Source: an uncultured bacterium (lineage in GTDB: Bacteria > Omnitrophota > Omnitrophia > Omnitrophales > Aquincolibacteriaceae). From it: a DNA stretch of 64,000 nucleotides. Position 1 is the stretch's first letter; every line of letters starts with the position of its first letter. A program made the position numbers and the translations under genes. The notes beneath the pieces are model-generated. The model saw only the letters and a list, made by a program, of their open reading frames with translations. It had not been told where the DNA came from and searched no databases. The stretch lies in contig CAYZYT010000001.1 of NCBI GenBank assembly GCA_964482725.1, positions 4,632 through 68,631 of the forward strand, in the 5' to 3' direction. Positions 35,591 to 45,743 of the stretch are shown one piece after another.

Positions 35591-37387
35591 CTATTTGGGG
35601 CTCGATGCGGGCAATTTCGAGTTCTGGTCCAAGGTCTCAAGCGTGGAATCGATCAATTTCTTCCGGACATTGAAATAACCGTCAAAATCCGTTTTTGACT
35701 CCGGCCCGTCCTTCAGTTGCTTGTACCACTGCTTTTCTTTCACCTTCCAGAAGGGTGCCGTCTCTTCGTCAAAATTCAGTCGCCGGTCGGGAGGGTTGGG
35801 GGCTTGAAGCATGGTGGGATCCGTGATGATATAAGGCGTCACGAAAAGGATCAATTCCCGGTCCGCGATCGTTTTTACGTTTTTGGTAAAAAGGGCTTTG
35901 CCGATCACGGGGATATTCCCGAAAAAAGGCACCTTCCGGTCACCGTTGGCCTGTTCACTAAAAAGCATGCCGCCTAGCGCAATGGTTTGTCCGTCATTGA
36001 CCATCAGGGTAGTCCGAGCAGTCCGGGTCGTTGGATCTCCCGTATTTCCCGTCGAAGACACATCTTTGATCTTCGATTCCTCCACCGTCGCAAATGTCGG
36101 TTCCAGCGTCAAGGTAATACGTCCGCCGGTATTGATCAGCGGGGTCACACGCAAAAGCGTGCCGGTTTCATAACGCTCGATACTTGAAGAAGTGGTTCCC
36201 GCTCCCCCTGCTTCCGTATTCGTCGTCGAACCAATGGCCGACTGGGTCGAGATCTTGATCAAGGCGGGTTGATTGTCCAAAGCCAGGATCTTGGGCTTCG
36301 CCAGGATCTTGAGCTTCCCGGAAGTCTCCAGGGCGTTGATCTTAATCTGAAAGCTCGAAAAATCCCGGCTTCCCGGAGTGACCGTGCCCGAACTGTTCGT
36401 CGGATTAAACTGTTTGGCGGTATCTCTGAACGTATTTCCGATATTACCAAAGAACCCTTTAAAACTTCCGCTGCTTGGGACAGAACCTGTCCTGAAAGGC
36501 CATTCGGTCGCCTCTTTAGCCCCGGTGATGGTTCCCATAAGACCGGCCGCGTCTCCCCATTGGACACCAAGATCCCTGGCAAAATCCTCCATCGTTTCAA
36601 CCAGGATCACATTGATCAACACCTGATCCACCGGGCGATCGAGCTGGGCGATCGCAGATTCGATCATCTTGAGCCGGTCTTCCGAGTCCGTCACGACCAA
36701 GCTGTTGGAACGGTCATCGACCGAAACCTTCCCCCGTTCCGAAAGGATCTTTTCAACCGACTTGACGATCGCCGATGCACCCAAATCTCCTTCATCCTTC
36801 GGAGCCGCAAGGGATCCCAATCCGGCCCCTGAAGAGCCCGAGGAACTTCCTGAGGAGCTTGAGTTCTCGATCTCTTTGATTTTACTTACTTTCACATAGT
36901 AAAGTTTATAAACGCGGGTCAGCAAAGACGGTTTTTCAGGGGCATCGGAGGAAGCCCGAAAAAGATAGATTTTCCTCCCGGGAAGAAAATCGTAGCTGAC
37001 GTTGCACCCGTACGCGATCGCCTGCAGGACATCCTCGAGGACGACATTGTCGAGCGTCATGCTCACTTGCCTCTCCGCCACTTCGGTCCCCGCGATAAAA
37101 TTGATCCCGCTCAGATTTGAAAGCACGTTCAGCACATTGATAAGCGACGCCGATTTGAAATCCAGATAATATTTCCCGTCTGTCGTCCTTTCAACCTTGA
37201 CTTCCGGGACCGCGGGGACTGTCCCCACCGGGACCGGTTGTCCCACGGAAGGAGCTTCGGGAGCCGGAGAGACCGGAGCGCCCGTGGAAGCCCCGACGTC
37301 TTCTGCCATCGCAGGATGCGAGAAACATAGGCTTAATAAAAAAACGGCGAGAACACTCCTGCTGAAAAGCGGGTTCGCTTTTTTCAT
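35591..37387 (-). CDS. Secretin (PilQ/GspD family)
   Basis: VDDRSNSLVV, QVLINV, KILAKP, KVPFFGNIPVIG, ELILFVTPYI. Confidence 0.92.
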   Translation of the reverse strand: MKKANPLFSRSVLAVFLLSLCFSHPAMAEDVGASTGAPVSPAPEAPSVGQPVPVGTVPAVPEVKVERTTDGKYYLDFKSASLINVLNVLSNLSGINFIAGTEVAERQVSMTLDNVVLEDVLQAIAYGCNVSYDFLPGRKIYLFRASSDAPEKPSLLTRVYKLYYVKVSKIKEIENSSSSGSSSGSSGAGLGSLAAPKDEGDLGASAIVKSVEKILSERGKVSVDDRSNSLVVTDSEDRLKMIESAIAQLDRPVDQVLINVILVETMEDFARDLGVQWGDAAGLMGTITGAKEATEWPFRTGSVPSSGSFKGFFGNIGNTFRDTAKQFNPTNSSGTVTPGSRDFSSFQIKINALETSGKLKILAKPKILALDNQPALIKISTQSAIGSTTNTEAGGAGTTSSSIERYETGTLLRVTPLINTGGRITLTLEPTFATVEESKIKDVSSTGNTGDPTTRTARTTLMVNDGQTIALGGMLFSEQANGDRKVPFFGNIPVIGKALFTKNVKTIADRELILFVTPYIITDPTMLQAPNPPDRRLNFDEETAPFWKVKEKQWYKQLKDGPESKTDFDGYFNVRKKLIDSTLETLDQNSKLPASSPK

Positions 37388-37941
37388 GACGGCGGTTGCT
37401 CCCTTCCGGGTAAAGATGACGACGTTTTTGATAGTGACTCCGCTGATGCGTTCTCTAAAGCAATCTTTTTTTCCGCCCGGTCTTTGGCCTTTTGAACGTC
37501 CTGATCCGGGAACAAGGGAACCGTGACTTTACCCCCGCTCACTAAAATATCGACCTCTCTCCTGCGAACCTCAACCAATTTTATTCCTTTTTTCTCATCC
37601 CCCTGATAAAAAACCTCGCCTCCAATGACCGCATAGGCGTCCTTGCTCCCGAATCCTATCCCTTGAAGTGCCACTGCGATCTCGGGACCGGCGGACGGCG
37701 CAGCGTTCAAAACGATCCCGGGAGCCTCCGGTTCCGGAGCGGTCGCGAAAGGATCACGAATTTCCTGTTGGGCCATCCGGATAGCGCTATCCATACCGGG
37801 AGTCGCCTCTTCCGGCGTTGGGGAGACAACCCCCTGCGACGCCGCGATGCCGGGCGAGGGTTCCTCGGCGCCCAGCATTAAGACTGAGGGCCACACCATG
37901 GCCAGAAAAAACCCCAAAAAACACCGGTTTATTTTAAGCAT
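37384..37941 (-). CDS. PilP/GspC-position pilus accessory protein
   Basis: RDPF...LQGI..AVIGGE; lies between pilO and the secretin. Confidence 0.65.
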   Translation of the reverse strand: MLKINRCFLGFFLAMVWPSVLMLGAEEPSPGIAASQGVVSPTPEEATPGMDSAIRMAQQEIRDPFATAPEPEAPGIVLNAAPSAGPEIAVALQGIGFGSKDAYAVIGGEVFYQGDEKKGIKLVEVRRREVDILVSGGKVTVPLFPDQDVQKAKDRAEKKIALENASAESLSKTSSSLPGREQPPS

Positions 37942-38479
37942 TGTTTTTTTTGGCCCGTTGTTTTAACAAAGTTTCGAACACCAGTTGGATCTGTAAAGAA
38001 TATTTGCCTTCTTGAGGGCTGGAAGAAGGTTTCCATAATATGGAGATATCCCTGACCTTGATCGCCCCGCCGAACTTTTCGACCGCCTGCAGGAATTTCA
38101 ACAACGAGAAAAAAGTCCCCTGCCCATTCATCTCCATCTTCAACTTGGTGTATCCCCCATCCGATTCGGTCCGGGGGGTCAACGTCTCAACGTGGAGCTC
38201 GGTCCGTCCCGCGATGTCGGAGATCTTTCCAAGAAGTTGGGACCGTTCCGTGAGCGTTGCTAAAACACCCTCATGGGCGTCCAGGCTTTCTCTCAGCCCC
38301 TGAATTTCCCGGTAAAGCTCAATGCGTTTCTGAGAATCCGTGATGCTTTGCCGTAAGGTCGTGATCTCCTGAAAAACCGGCTGGATCATGACCGCATAGC
38401 ACAACACGAAGGTTGCGACCCCGGCCGCAGCCTTGATGGCCCATTCTTTTTGCTGTTCATTGATCTTCACGGTCGACAT
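37934..38479 (-). CDS. pilO: PilO-like protein
   Basis: TM, coiled coil, GTFFSLLKFLQAVE ferredoxin-like domain. Confidence 0.78.
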   Translation of the reverse strand: MSTVKINEQQKEWAIKAAAGVATFVLCYAVMIQPVFQEITTLRQSITDSQKRIELYREIQGLRESLDAHEGVLATLTERSQLLGKISDIAGRTELHVETLTPRTESDGGYTKLKMEMNGQGTFFSLLKFLQAVEKFGGAIKVRDISILWKPSSSPQEGKYSLQIQLVFETLLKQRAKKNNA

Positions 38480-38492
38480 AGTCTAGTATTCC

Positions 38493-40022
38493 TCACTCCC
38501 CAAGGACCCGGAAACGAGTCAGATCCCGATCCCGGGACCGTTCTCTTTTGATCTCTTCGAGTTTGATCTCCGAGAAAAAATCCGACATGATCTTTCTCCC
38601 GCTCAGCGCTTTTAACCAAGAGCTGACGGTCTCTGTTTCTTTTTCGGCATTTCCGAGAAAGCAGACCCCTCGCACGTTCAAGCGCTTTCTCCTTTTCCCG
38701 TTTTGCGATATTTCTTTCCCGGCCGCGTCTTCGAGTGAAACGTAATCCAGCGAGATCGATTGGGGCAATCCTTGCCCTAAGGAGATCATAAATTCAGACG
38801 GTGAGGATTTATCGCTAAAAAATCCGTTTAGCTGCCCCACCTTTTCACGCATCTTTTCTTTCTCATTGATCAGGTCCTCCATCGAGCGAGAAGCAAGCGC
38901 AGGGAACTCCCGATCCGCGGGACCCAGGATCGCGTCATTTTTACCCTCCAACTGCATCAGATAGGGTTGAAAAACAGCGTAACGGACCAGGGCAAAGAGC
39001 ATGAGGATCGCAAAGCATCCAATCCCCAGGAATTTCAAAAGAAGAGGAAGATCGGACCGGCGTTCTGTTTTGGGTAACAGTTGGATATCCCCCATCGAAG
39101 AGCGATACCCGAGAGACCGGAGCGCCAACCCAAAGGCCACTAGCACCACATGCAGGGTCTCCGGAGGAAGCGTCTTCGCACTGGGTAAACTTGCAACATC
39201 AAAACGGATCGTGTAATTGAACGCGTGCTCCAAATGCTCGACCCAGAGCTTGAGATCGCCGGCCCCGGATAAAAAGATCTGGCCGATCGCCTCGCCTCCG
39301 GTCAACTTGTAGAAGTAGTCCATGGAAGCCTTCAACTCATTATGAAACCGTGTTTTATCTTCTTCCATTTTCCCGGTCAAAAGAAAGTCACGGGACAAGT
39401 AGACGATCCCTTTGGAAGTGAGCGTCACGTTCACATTCCCATCGGACTGAAGAACCACAAATCCATAGGTCTTGGTCTTTCCGACCATGTTTAACGCCGA
39501 GAACGCGCGGCTGACCGCATTGTAGACCGGTTCCACGATCAGGACTTTTGCGGAGACCGAACGCAGATCTTCCAAATACGCATCCAGAACTTCTCCGCGG
39601 ATCGCGGTGGCGGTGACCGAGAGAACATTCTTATGGGTCGGATAGGAGTGATAATCCAGCGCCGAATCGGAGATCTTGAATGGAACGTAGCGGCTCGCTT
39701 CATTACGAACCGCAGCCGCTTCATCTCTTTTGGGAACTACCGGCATGATGAAGTGCCGCGTCACGACCTGCAAAGGGCTGACGGCCACATTCACGAAAGC
39801 CCCGGGCTCTTTGATCTTATCAAGAGCCTTGAGAATGGCTCGAGCTTCCGGGCTTATCTTCTTGATCCGGTGGGCTTCTTTGCCGACCGTGGGCTCTTGC
39901 GGACCTTCCGGATTGATCGGTTCGACCGCGAAGGATGAGATCTGAGGCCCGGTCACCGTGCGGATCGCAGAAACCGCGATCACCTCATTGCGGCCGATAT
40001 AAATGCCAACACCTTTTGACAT
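38493..40022 (-). CDS. pilM: PilM-PilN-like fusion protein
   Basis: GVGIYIG, EASRYVPF..LDY, SMDYF..IFLSGAG, AFGLALR, IQLLP, then TM and periplasmic PilN-like part. Confidence 0.78.
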   Translation of the reverse strand: MSKGVGIYIGRNEVIAVSAIRTVTGPQISSFAVEPINPEGPQEPTVGKEAHRIKKISPEARAILKALDKIKEPGAFVNVAVSPLQVVTRHFIMPVVPKRDEAAAVRNEASRYVPFKISDSALDYHSYPTHKNVLSVTATAIRGEVLDAYLEDLRSVSAKVLIVEPVYNAVSRAFSALNMVGKTKTYGFVVLQSDGNVNVTLTSKGIVYLSRDFLLTGKMEEDKTRFHNELKASMDYFYKLTGGEAIGQIFLSGAGDLKLWVEHLEHAFNYTIRFDVASLPSAKTLPPETLHVVLVAFGLALRSLGYRSSMGDIQLLPKTERRSDLPLLLKFLGIGCFAILMLFALVRYAVFQPYLMQLEGKNDAILGPADREFPALASRSMEDLINEKEKMREKVGQLNGFFSDKSSPSEFMISLGQGLPQSISLDYVSLEDAAGKEISQNGKRRKRLNVRGVCFLGNAEKETETVSSWLKALSGRKIMSDFFSEIKLEEIKRERSRDRDLTRFRVLGE

Positions 40023-40057
40023 AATTCCCCTTTGTTTCGCTCTCTAAGTAACCTAGT

Positions 40058-40193
40058 AAATTCGAAATCCGAATATCGAAGCACGAAACAAATTCAAAAT
40101 TCGAATGCTTCAATGTCCGAGACGAGTCGTTTTGTATTTCGAATTTCAAAAATTATGATTTGTTTCGAATTTCGGTATTCGTGCTTCGAATTT
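40058..40193. repeat. Heptamer-period inverted-arm element, CGA/TCG type; relative of 31380-31519
   Basis: AATTCGA AATCCGA ATATCGA AGCACGA ... TTTCGAA TTTCGGT ATTCGTG CTTCGAA. Confidence 0.85.
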
Positions 40194-40218
40194 CACATCA
40201 AGAAGTGTGATCCGCCGC

Positions 40219-41358
40219 CTAACTTGAAAAGGAAACGGCATCGCCTTCCTGGATCAACTGCAACATCCCCGCGTCGCGAAGCACCGCGGCAGACGTGGTC
40301 GGATAAACCCGGTCGATGCGCCCGACCGCTAGCTCGACGCCGCTCCGGGAGATCGTGATCCAGCACCCGGAACGGATCCCTTGATCGGCCCCCCGACTGA
40401 CCACAACAAATCTTTGTCCTTCATTGACCGAGGTGACCTCTCCTTGAAATCCGGCATTCCCGCCCGTTGAAAAGGATCCCTGCGAAAGTCCCGCGGCGGC
40501 ACCTGAAAGAGCCGACATCCCCGTTTGATCGATGATCTTTTCAAAAGCCTGGCCCTGCGCCTTCAGAGCACTGACGATGGCGTCCTGGGTCTGCAAAGCA
40601 CCCCGTAAGCGAGCGATCTCCGATTCATAACGGACGGTGATCGCCATAAGTTCTTCGCGGTATTTTTTTTCAAGACCTTGCTCAAAAGCGACCTTCTCAG
40701 CTTGGGCCGTTCTCAATTTCGAGGCCACCTCCTGAAGCTGGCCAGTCAGCCATTTCATTTCTGCGCTCTGATTCTCTGAAGCATTCTGAAGGGCTGCGTA
40801 AGAACGTCCCAGGCGTGTTTTCTCACTTTGAAGCTGGGCGAACTGCTGAGACGTCCCCCGATCCGAAGAAACCGCTTGAAGATATAAAAGCACGAGAGCC
40901 CCCGCTCCGAGGCATCCCAACACCCAGAAGAATCTGCCTAAACCTGAGGAAGTTTTCCCTGAGCCACGCTTGAGTTTAGGCGCACCTGAAGATGCGAAGA
41001 CGGCCGTTTGCGTGCTAAAAGTTTCAAACGCCGGGGAAGGTTGCTTCGCGGGAATTTGGGGCAAAAGAACGGCTCTCTTGAACGGCGCGGTTCTCTGCTC
41101 CTTATATTCGTGAACGATCTTCTCTTCCTGCGCAGCCCAGTTCTTGACGGCGGCAAGATCGGCTCGAGGAACCTCGAGGGGAGCACTTTTGAGAACAGGC
41201 TCTTTTAAGGCCGTGGTTGTATGATTCCCTCGGGCTTCGGGCCGCGGAGATGAAAAAAAATTAAAAAACTTTCCGCCTTTTTTGGGCGCGCCCGGTCCTG
41301 AGACGTCCTGTCCGTTTCGATGGATGATCTTGATCTTTTTGTCGCCGAGTTCTTGCAT
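40219..41358 (-). CDS. Single-TM coiled-coil protein with C-terminal small beta-barrel (FlgT C-terminus-like)
   Basis: TM near residues 140-160; long coiled coil; GEVTSVN..FVVVSRGADQGI..IQEGDAV. Confidence 0.7.
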   Translation of the reverse strand: MQELGDKKIKIIHRNGQDVSGPGAPKKGGKFFNFFSSPRPEARGNHTTTALKEPVLKSAPLEVPRADLAAVKNWAAQEEKIVHEYKEQRTAPFKRAVLLPQIPAKQPSPAFETFSTQTAVFASSGAPKLKRGSGKTSSGLGRFFWVLGCLGAGALVLLYLQAVSSDRGTSQQFAQLQSEKTRLGRSYAALQNASENQSAEMKWLTGQLQEVASKLRTAQAEKVAFEQGLEKKYREELMAITVRYESEIARLRGALQTQDAIVSALKAQGQAFEKIIDQTGMSALSGAAAGLSQGSFSTGGNAGFQGEVTSVNEGQRFVVVSRGADQGIRSGCWITISRSGVELAVGRIDRVYPTTSAAVLRDAGMLQLIQEGDAVSFSS

Positions 41359-41641
41359 GGGACCGACCCTCTCGCGGTGCAAAGCTCCGTACTCGCCCTC
41401 ATATGATGGCTACAGAAAGCATACGCGGCACGAACTATCCATAAAAAGTGCTGTCCAGACGCACTTTCAGACAGACCTCTTATGAGTTCTATCTCTGTAT
41501 CTTACATTTCATTTTCGGCTTACCAAGGTTTTTCTTGATTGCAAATCCCTCCTTCTTACGGAGCAAGGACTTCTCGCTCCGAGGCGCGCCTTTCATCGAG
41601 AAAGATCCGCAGAACGCCGAAGCTGCATTTTCAATTTCGGA

Positions 41642-42859
41642 CTAGGCCTGAGTTTTTCCCTTCAAACCCTCAAAAACCTCAGAGATGTTCCGGTGTTGGC
41701 CCTCCGCCCTATCTCCATGGCACTCGGGGAATTGATACAAAAATGGAAGTTTTAATTTCAAAAAGGCGAACAGTCCGGAAACTTTATGATCCATAAAGGC
41801 TTTTGTCCCTCGAAAGAAACCATGAAGGATAAGCCAAAAAAAACACCTCAGAGGATAGAAGCATGCCCTTTCCCATGCGGAAAATTCCCCGAGATCTTTT
41901 TTTGTTTTTTCGCGGGACCCTTGGGATTTCAAACTGCGCTCAAGAAGGGCCAGGTATTGCAGCCGGCGATACTTCCCATAATCGATCTTCAGGGATTTGA
42001 CTTTAAGCTTCTGTTGGATGGCAATACAGGCATCGAGCCATCCTGTGTTGATATACGAGCCGGGTAAAAATCGATAGCCGCACACTAAACTCGGCACTTG
42101 CTGGGAAGCATTCAAAAAAGAAATCCCCGCTTCTTCGTCATTATTGTGGTGAAAATAACCATAAGACCTGTTCGCGACCCCGATAATCACCAGCGGCTCC
42201 GGAACAATAACGGTCTTCTCGGAAAAGTAAAACAAAAGATTCATCGCGTAATAGTCGGGAAATAAGGATTGAAAAAAACGATCTTTTCCCTCGATCGACT
42301 CGATCAGTTCCCGTTTGACCAAGGCGTATTGCATGTTGTATTCAAAAGATAACCGGAATTCCAGGGTGTCCTGCACCAGGGGTTGGGCTTTCGCCCTTTC
42401 CAGTAAAAAAGGTTCCTTTCGTCCGTGAAAGAAAGGAGCAGCGCCGCATTCCTGCAAATACCCGTCGGGAAATGCCGCCATGACGCCAGGATAAATAAAC
42501 TGATAAGCTTTTGTGTAAATAAAGTCCGGGTGCTGAAATTTCTCTATCAGAGACCTCATCCTGGAAAAATAACCCGGACAGAGCGCGTCATCATCTCCCA
42601 GCATCACCACATAGTCCCCTAAAGACATCGCAAGGGCCTGGTTCCAATTTTCCGTAACCGAAAGAGAGCGAGACGTTTTAAAATACCGGATCCTTGAATC
42701 CTTCAAGGAAGCAACATATTCCCCCGTCGCGGGTCCGGTACCGTTGTCGGAGACGACAATCTCCCAATCCTTAAAATCCTGGCTCCGGACACTGAGGAGT
42801 GCTTGTTTGAGAAGTTCCGGACGATCTTTCGTTGGGATCAAAACAGAGAATTTTTCCAA
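41642..42859 (-). CDS. Glycosyltransferase family 2
   Basis: FSVLIPTKDR, IVVSDN, MLGDDD. Confidence 0.9.
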   Translation of the reverse strand: MEKFSVLIPTKDRPELLKQALLSVRSQDFKDWEIVVSDNGTGPATGEYVASLKDSRIRYFKTSRSLSVTENWNQALAMSLGDYVVMLGDDDALCPGYFSRMRSLIEKFQHPDFIYTKAYQFIYPGVMAAFPDGYLQECGAAPFFHGRKEPFLLERAKAQPLVQDTLEFRLSFEYNMQYALVKRELIESIEGKDRFFQSLFPDYYAMNLLFYFSEKTVIVPEPLVIIGVANRSYGYFHHNNDEEAGISFLNASQQVPSLVCGYRFLPGSYINTGWLDACIAIQQKLKVKSLKIDYGKYRRLQYLALLERSLKSQGSREKTKKDLGEFSAWERACFYPLRCFFWLILHGFFRGTKAFMDHKVSGLFAFLKLKLPFLYQFPECHGDRAEGQHRNISEVFEGLKGKTQA

Positions 42860-44602
42860 TCAATTTCCTTTTCTTCTGAATACGGCCGTATAGGAACTTC
42901 CCCTCAGGGGTCGATTTTCGAAATAATAAAAAACAGGATACAAGATCGCGCCAAAAAAAGAAGCTGCTTTTTTAAAAAGAGGACTCCGAAATCGATGAGC
43001 CAGGCTGAATCGCCAGCCAAACAAATTCCATCCCCGGCCGCCCGGGTCATCGCTGAAAAGGCCCTCAGAGACAAGCCCCATTTTTTCGCACCGGGTCTGA
43101 AGCAACCCGGAAGATATCAAATTGACATGCCTCGGCGCATCGATATGAGTCCAGGATCCCTTAAAGATCCGGAACTGCAGCGAATCCGGATTGGGCGCTG
43201 AAAGAATCAGCCAGCCGCCCGGTCTTAATTTTTGGACACAAGCCGATAAGACCGAGAAAGGATCTCTGAAATGTTCTACCACTTGCCACAAAACGATCGC
43301 GTCGAAATTTCCGGACGCCTCTAGCGCCGCAACAGGATCATCGGATTCCACCACGGGAATTTTCAGCGTATCGCGGATGAACCGGCAACATTTTGGATCC
43401 ATTTCGATGCAGGACATATCAAAACCCGCTTTTTTTGCCAAGTATGCAAAAGCACCGTTCGAAGGCCCGATCTCAAGCATTTTCCCGCTTGAAATGAACC
43501 TCTGGACCGTGGAAAGCTTAGGCTTTTCCTGGACCGCCCACCCCTCAAATTGTTTCCATGTTTCCGGAAGCATCGAATAATCCTCAGGATAATACCGGGA
43601 AAGATCTTCCGGGACAGGTTGTAAAAAAACAAACCCGCATCCACCGCAGCGATAATAATCAAAAGATTGATCCGTTATGTTCCGGTTTAGATCCTTTGTC
43701 TGAAAATAAAATGAAGCAGCGGCGCTGCAAAGAGGGCACGGTGGGGTCATGGGATCATGAGACTCCCCAAGCATCCTGGTCCCCCAGGCGGAGGCGGAAA
43801 GATCCCGCTTCATGTCCGGGGAAGCCTTTTCATAAAGTTCTGTCTGGTTATCCGAAATAAGCAAATTGCTTTGTTGCCCCTGCCGAAAGGTATCGCTTCG
43901 CCACCAATCCTCTTTGGGATAACCTTGTCCGTCTTTCCCGACGACCACGAGGTCCTGTCCCATCCCAAGGATCTGCCGGCTCAAACCCTTTTTCCCGCTT
44001 TCAAAACACCACGCATCCATTTTTCTCAATAAACGGGCCCGAACGATCTTCTCCATCACGCTCTTGCGGACCATAAACGCATTGGTTCGAATATGATAAT
44101 TCGGGAAAGGATCAAATCTGAATTTCATGTCAAAAAAATAGATCGCCCATCTCCAGCCAATGGCCAGTTTCTCCCGAAAAGTTTTTTCACTCTTTACGAA
44201 GCTCGAAACATTCGGGTAAAAACTCTCCCAAGAGCCTGTGACCCCGACGAGGCCGACTTTATCCCGACTGATCCAACTATGCATTTTTAGCAGCCACGCG
44301 TCATCGCGGATCACGGAAAAAGTATTGAGAAAACAAAAATAAACATAATTTCCAGATTTTAGCGCCTTAAAATAAGCATCGATATCATAACCCCGGTCCG
44401 GGATAAACATCTTCTGATGCGGCAATCCTTCGAGCAATGCCTCGTGCGCAGCAGTTTCTTTTTCCGCTGAAAACCCTTTGTATAAAACAAGCAGATCATG
44501 CCCCATCCCGCCACGATTCGCGCGATATGAATTGATAAAATTTTTGACGGGCTCAATGCCTTCTTTTTCCCGAACAAGATAAACCACCGCTGTTTCGGTC
44601 AT
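42860..44602 (-). CDS. Fusion of an uncharacterised GT-like N-terminal domain with a Zn-ribbon class I SAM methyltransferase
   Basis: C-terminal half has CPLC..CGGC, MLEIGPSNG, WQVVEH, DAPRH; N-terminal half has GYDIDAY, FLNT, HIRTNAF. Confidence 0.75.
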   Translation of the reverse strand: MTETAVVYLVREKEGIEPVKNFINSYRANRGGMGHDLLVLYKGFSAEKETAAHEALLEGLPHQKMFIPDRGYDIDAYFKALKSGNYVYFCFLNTFSVIRDDAWLLKMHSWISRDKVGLVGVTGSWESFYPNVSSFVKSEKTFREKLAIGWRWAIYFFDMKFRFDPFPNYHIRTNAFMVRKSVMEKIVRARLLRKMDAWCFESGKKGLSRQILGMGQDLVVVGKDGQGYPKEDWWRSDTFRQGQQSNLLISDNQTELYEKASPDMKRDLSASAWGTRMLGESHDPMTPPCPLCSAAASFYFQTKDLNRNITDQSFDYYRCGGCGFVFLQPVPEDLSRYYPEDYSMLPETWKQFEGWAVQEKPKLSTVQRFISSGKMLEIGPSNGAFAYLAKKAGFDMSCIEMDPKCCRFIRDTLKIPVVESDDPVAALEASGNFDAIVLWQVVEHFRDPFSVLSACVQKLRPGGWLILSAPNPDSLQFRIFKGSWTHIDAPRHVNLISSGLLQTRCEKMGLVSEGLFSDDPGGRGWNLFGWRFSLAHRFRSPLFKKAASFFGAILYPVFYYFENRPLRGSSYTAVFRRKGN

Positions 44603-44667
44603 TGTAAATTTTCACCCTTTATCGCTAGGAGCTTTACGAACGGTCTGGATCATGGCCCCGCGGGGCC

Positions 44668-45666
44668 TCAAAGTATCCTGAAATACTCACGGACCGTTTC
44701 TAAAAATGAGACGCTATACCCTGCACGCTCCAGGGAACGATCGGAAACCACACGCTGGGCCTGTATTTTTTTCCGCTGACCGAAGATCCCGGGAAGATCC
44801 GTGAGCGGCTCCACGCTCCCCCGCGCAAGGGCTCCTGCCAGGTCCCATCGTCCAGAAAAAAAATAGATCAAAAAACGTAGCCCGGCATAGAACAAAGAGA
44901 TCACGAGTCCTCTCAGGACTCCCGCAACCTCAAAATTCTTCAAAATATTTCGGAGCGCGTTCTTTTGCATGTAATAGACGCGGACCGGCGACAATCTCGG
45001 ACCATTCGTGCTTCCCACCTTGTGATACATCACCGAAGAAGGTTGAAAGACCATCCGATAACCCCGCAAAAGCAAGCGCCAACAAAGATCCACATCTTCA
45101 TTATACGCAAAATAGCTTTCATCAAAGCCTCCGACCTCGCGGAACAAACTCGTTCTCATGAGCATGCTTGCGCCGCTCACACCGCCCCGGTAGCCGCGGT
45201 CGTTATATTGTCCGCGATCCTTCTCCCCCAACCCCATATCGCAACCGATCCCCACCGGGGTGATCATCAGGCCAACACTATGGATCGTGTCCGGCCGATC
45301 ATAAAAATAAATTTTGCTACCCGCCGCGGCCGCCAAGGGATCCGATTCCAAGGCTTTGACCAGTTCCTCAAGCCAATCTTCTTTGACACGGACATCATTA
45401 TTCAAAAAAGCAAAATAGGGCGCGTCAATGAGCTTCACCGCATGATTGTAGGCCCCCGTGATCCCGCAGTTTTTTTCGATCCGTATAATACGGACCCACG
45501 GGAATTCTTTCCGGACATACTCCGCGGAGCCATCCTGAGAACCGTTGTCCACTAGATAGACCTTTTGATCTGGGTAGGTTTGTTTCCCCAGAGAGGAAAA
45601 GCACTCCTCAAGCAAAGGACGCCCGTTGTAATTCAAGACGAGAACAGAAACTTTCTCGCCGCTCAC
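44668..45666 (-). CDS. Glycosyltransferase family 2 (WbbL-like)
   Basis: VLNYNG, VDNGSQDGS, FLNNDV, YNEDVDLCWR. Confidence 0.92.
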   Translation of the reverse strand: MSGEKVSVLVLNYNGRPLLEECFSSLGKQTYPDQKVYLVDNGSQDGSAEYVRKEFPWVRIIRIEKNCGITGAYNHAVKLIDAPYFAFLNNDVRVKEDWLEELVKALESDPLAAAAGSKIYFYDRPDTIHSVGLMITPVGIGCDMGLGEKDRGQYNDRGYRGGVSGASMLMRTSLFREVGGFDESYFAYNEDVDLCWRLLLRGYRMVFQPSSVMYHKVGSTNGPRLSPVRVYYMQKNALRNILKNFEVAGVLRGLVISLFYAGLRFLIYFFSGRWDLAGALARGSVEPLTDLPGIFGQRKKIQAQRVVSDRSLERAGYSVSFLETVREYFRIL

Positions 45667-45743
45667 TTTCCAAACCTCACGAGAGTATTCCTCGGTGGAT
45701 GGGAGATTGAATTAGAATATTTCAAACTCCGTTTTTTAAAATT

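Noticed and set aside
22443-38487. Identical ACTAGACT directly before the ATGs at 22445 and 38479
   Set aside because: Only two occurrences of an 8-mer; may be chance.
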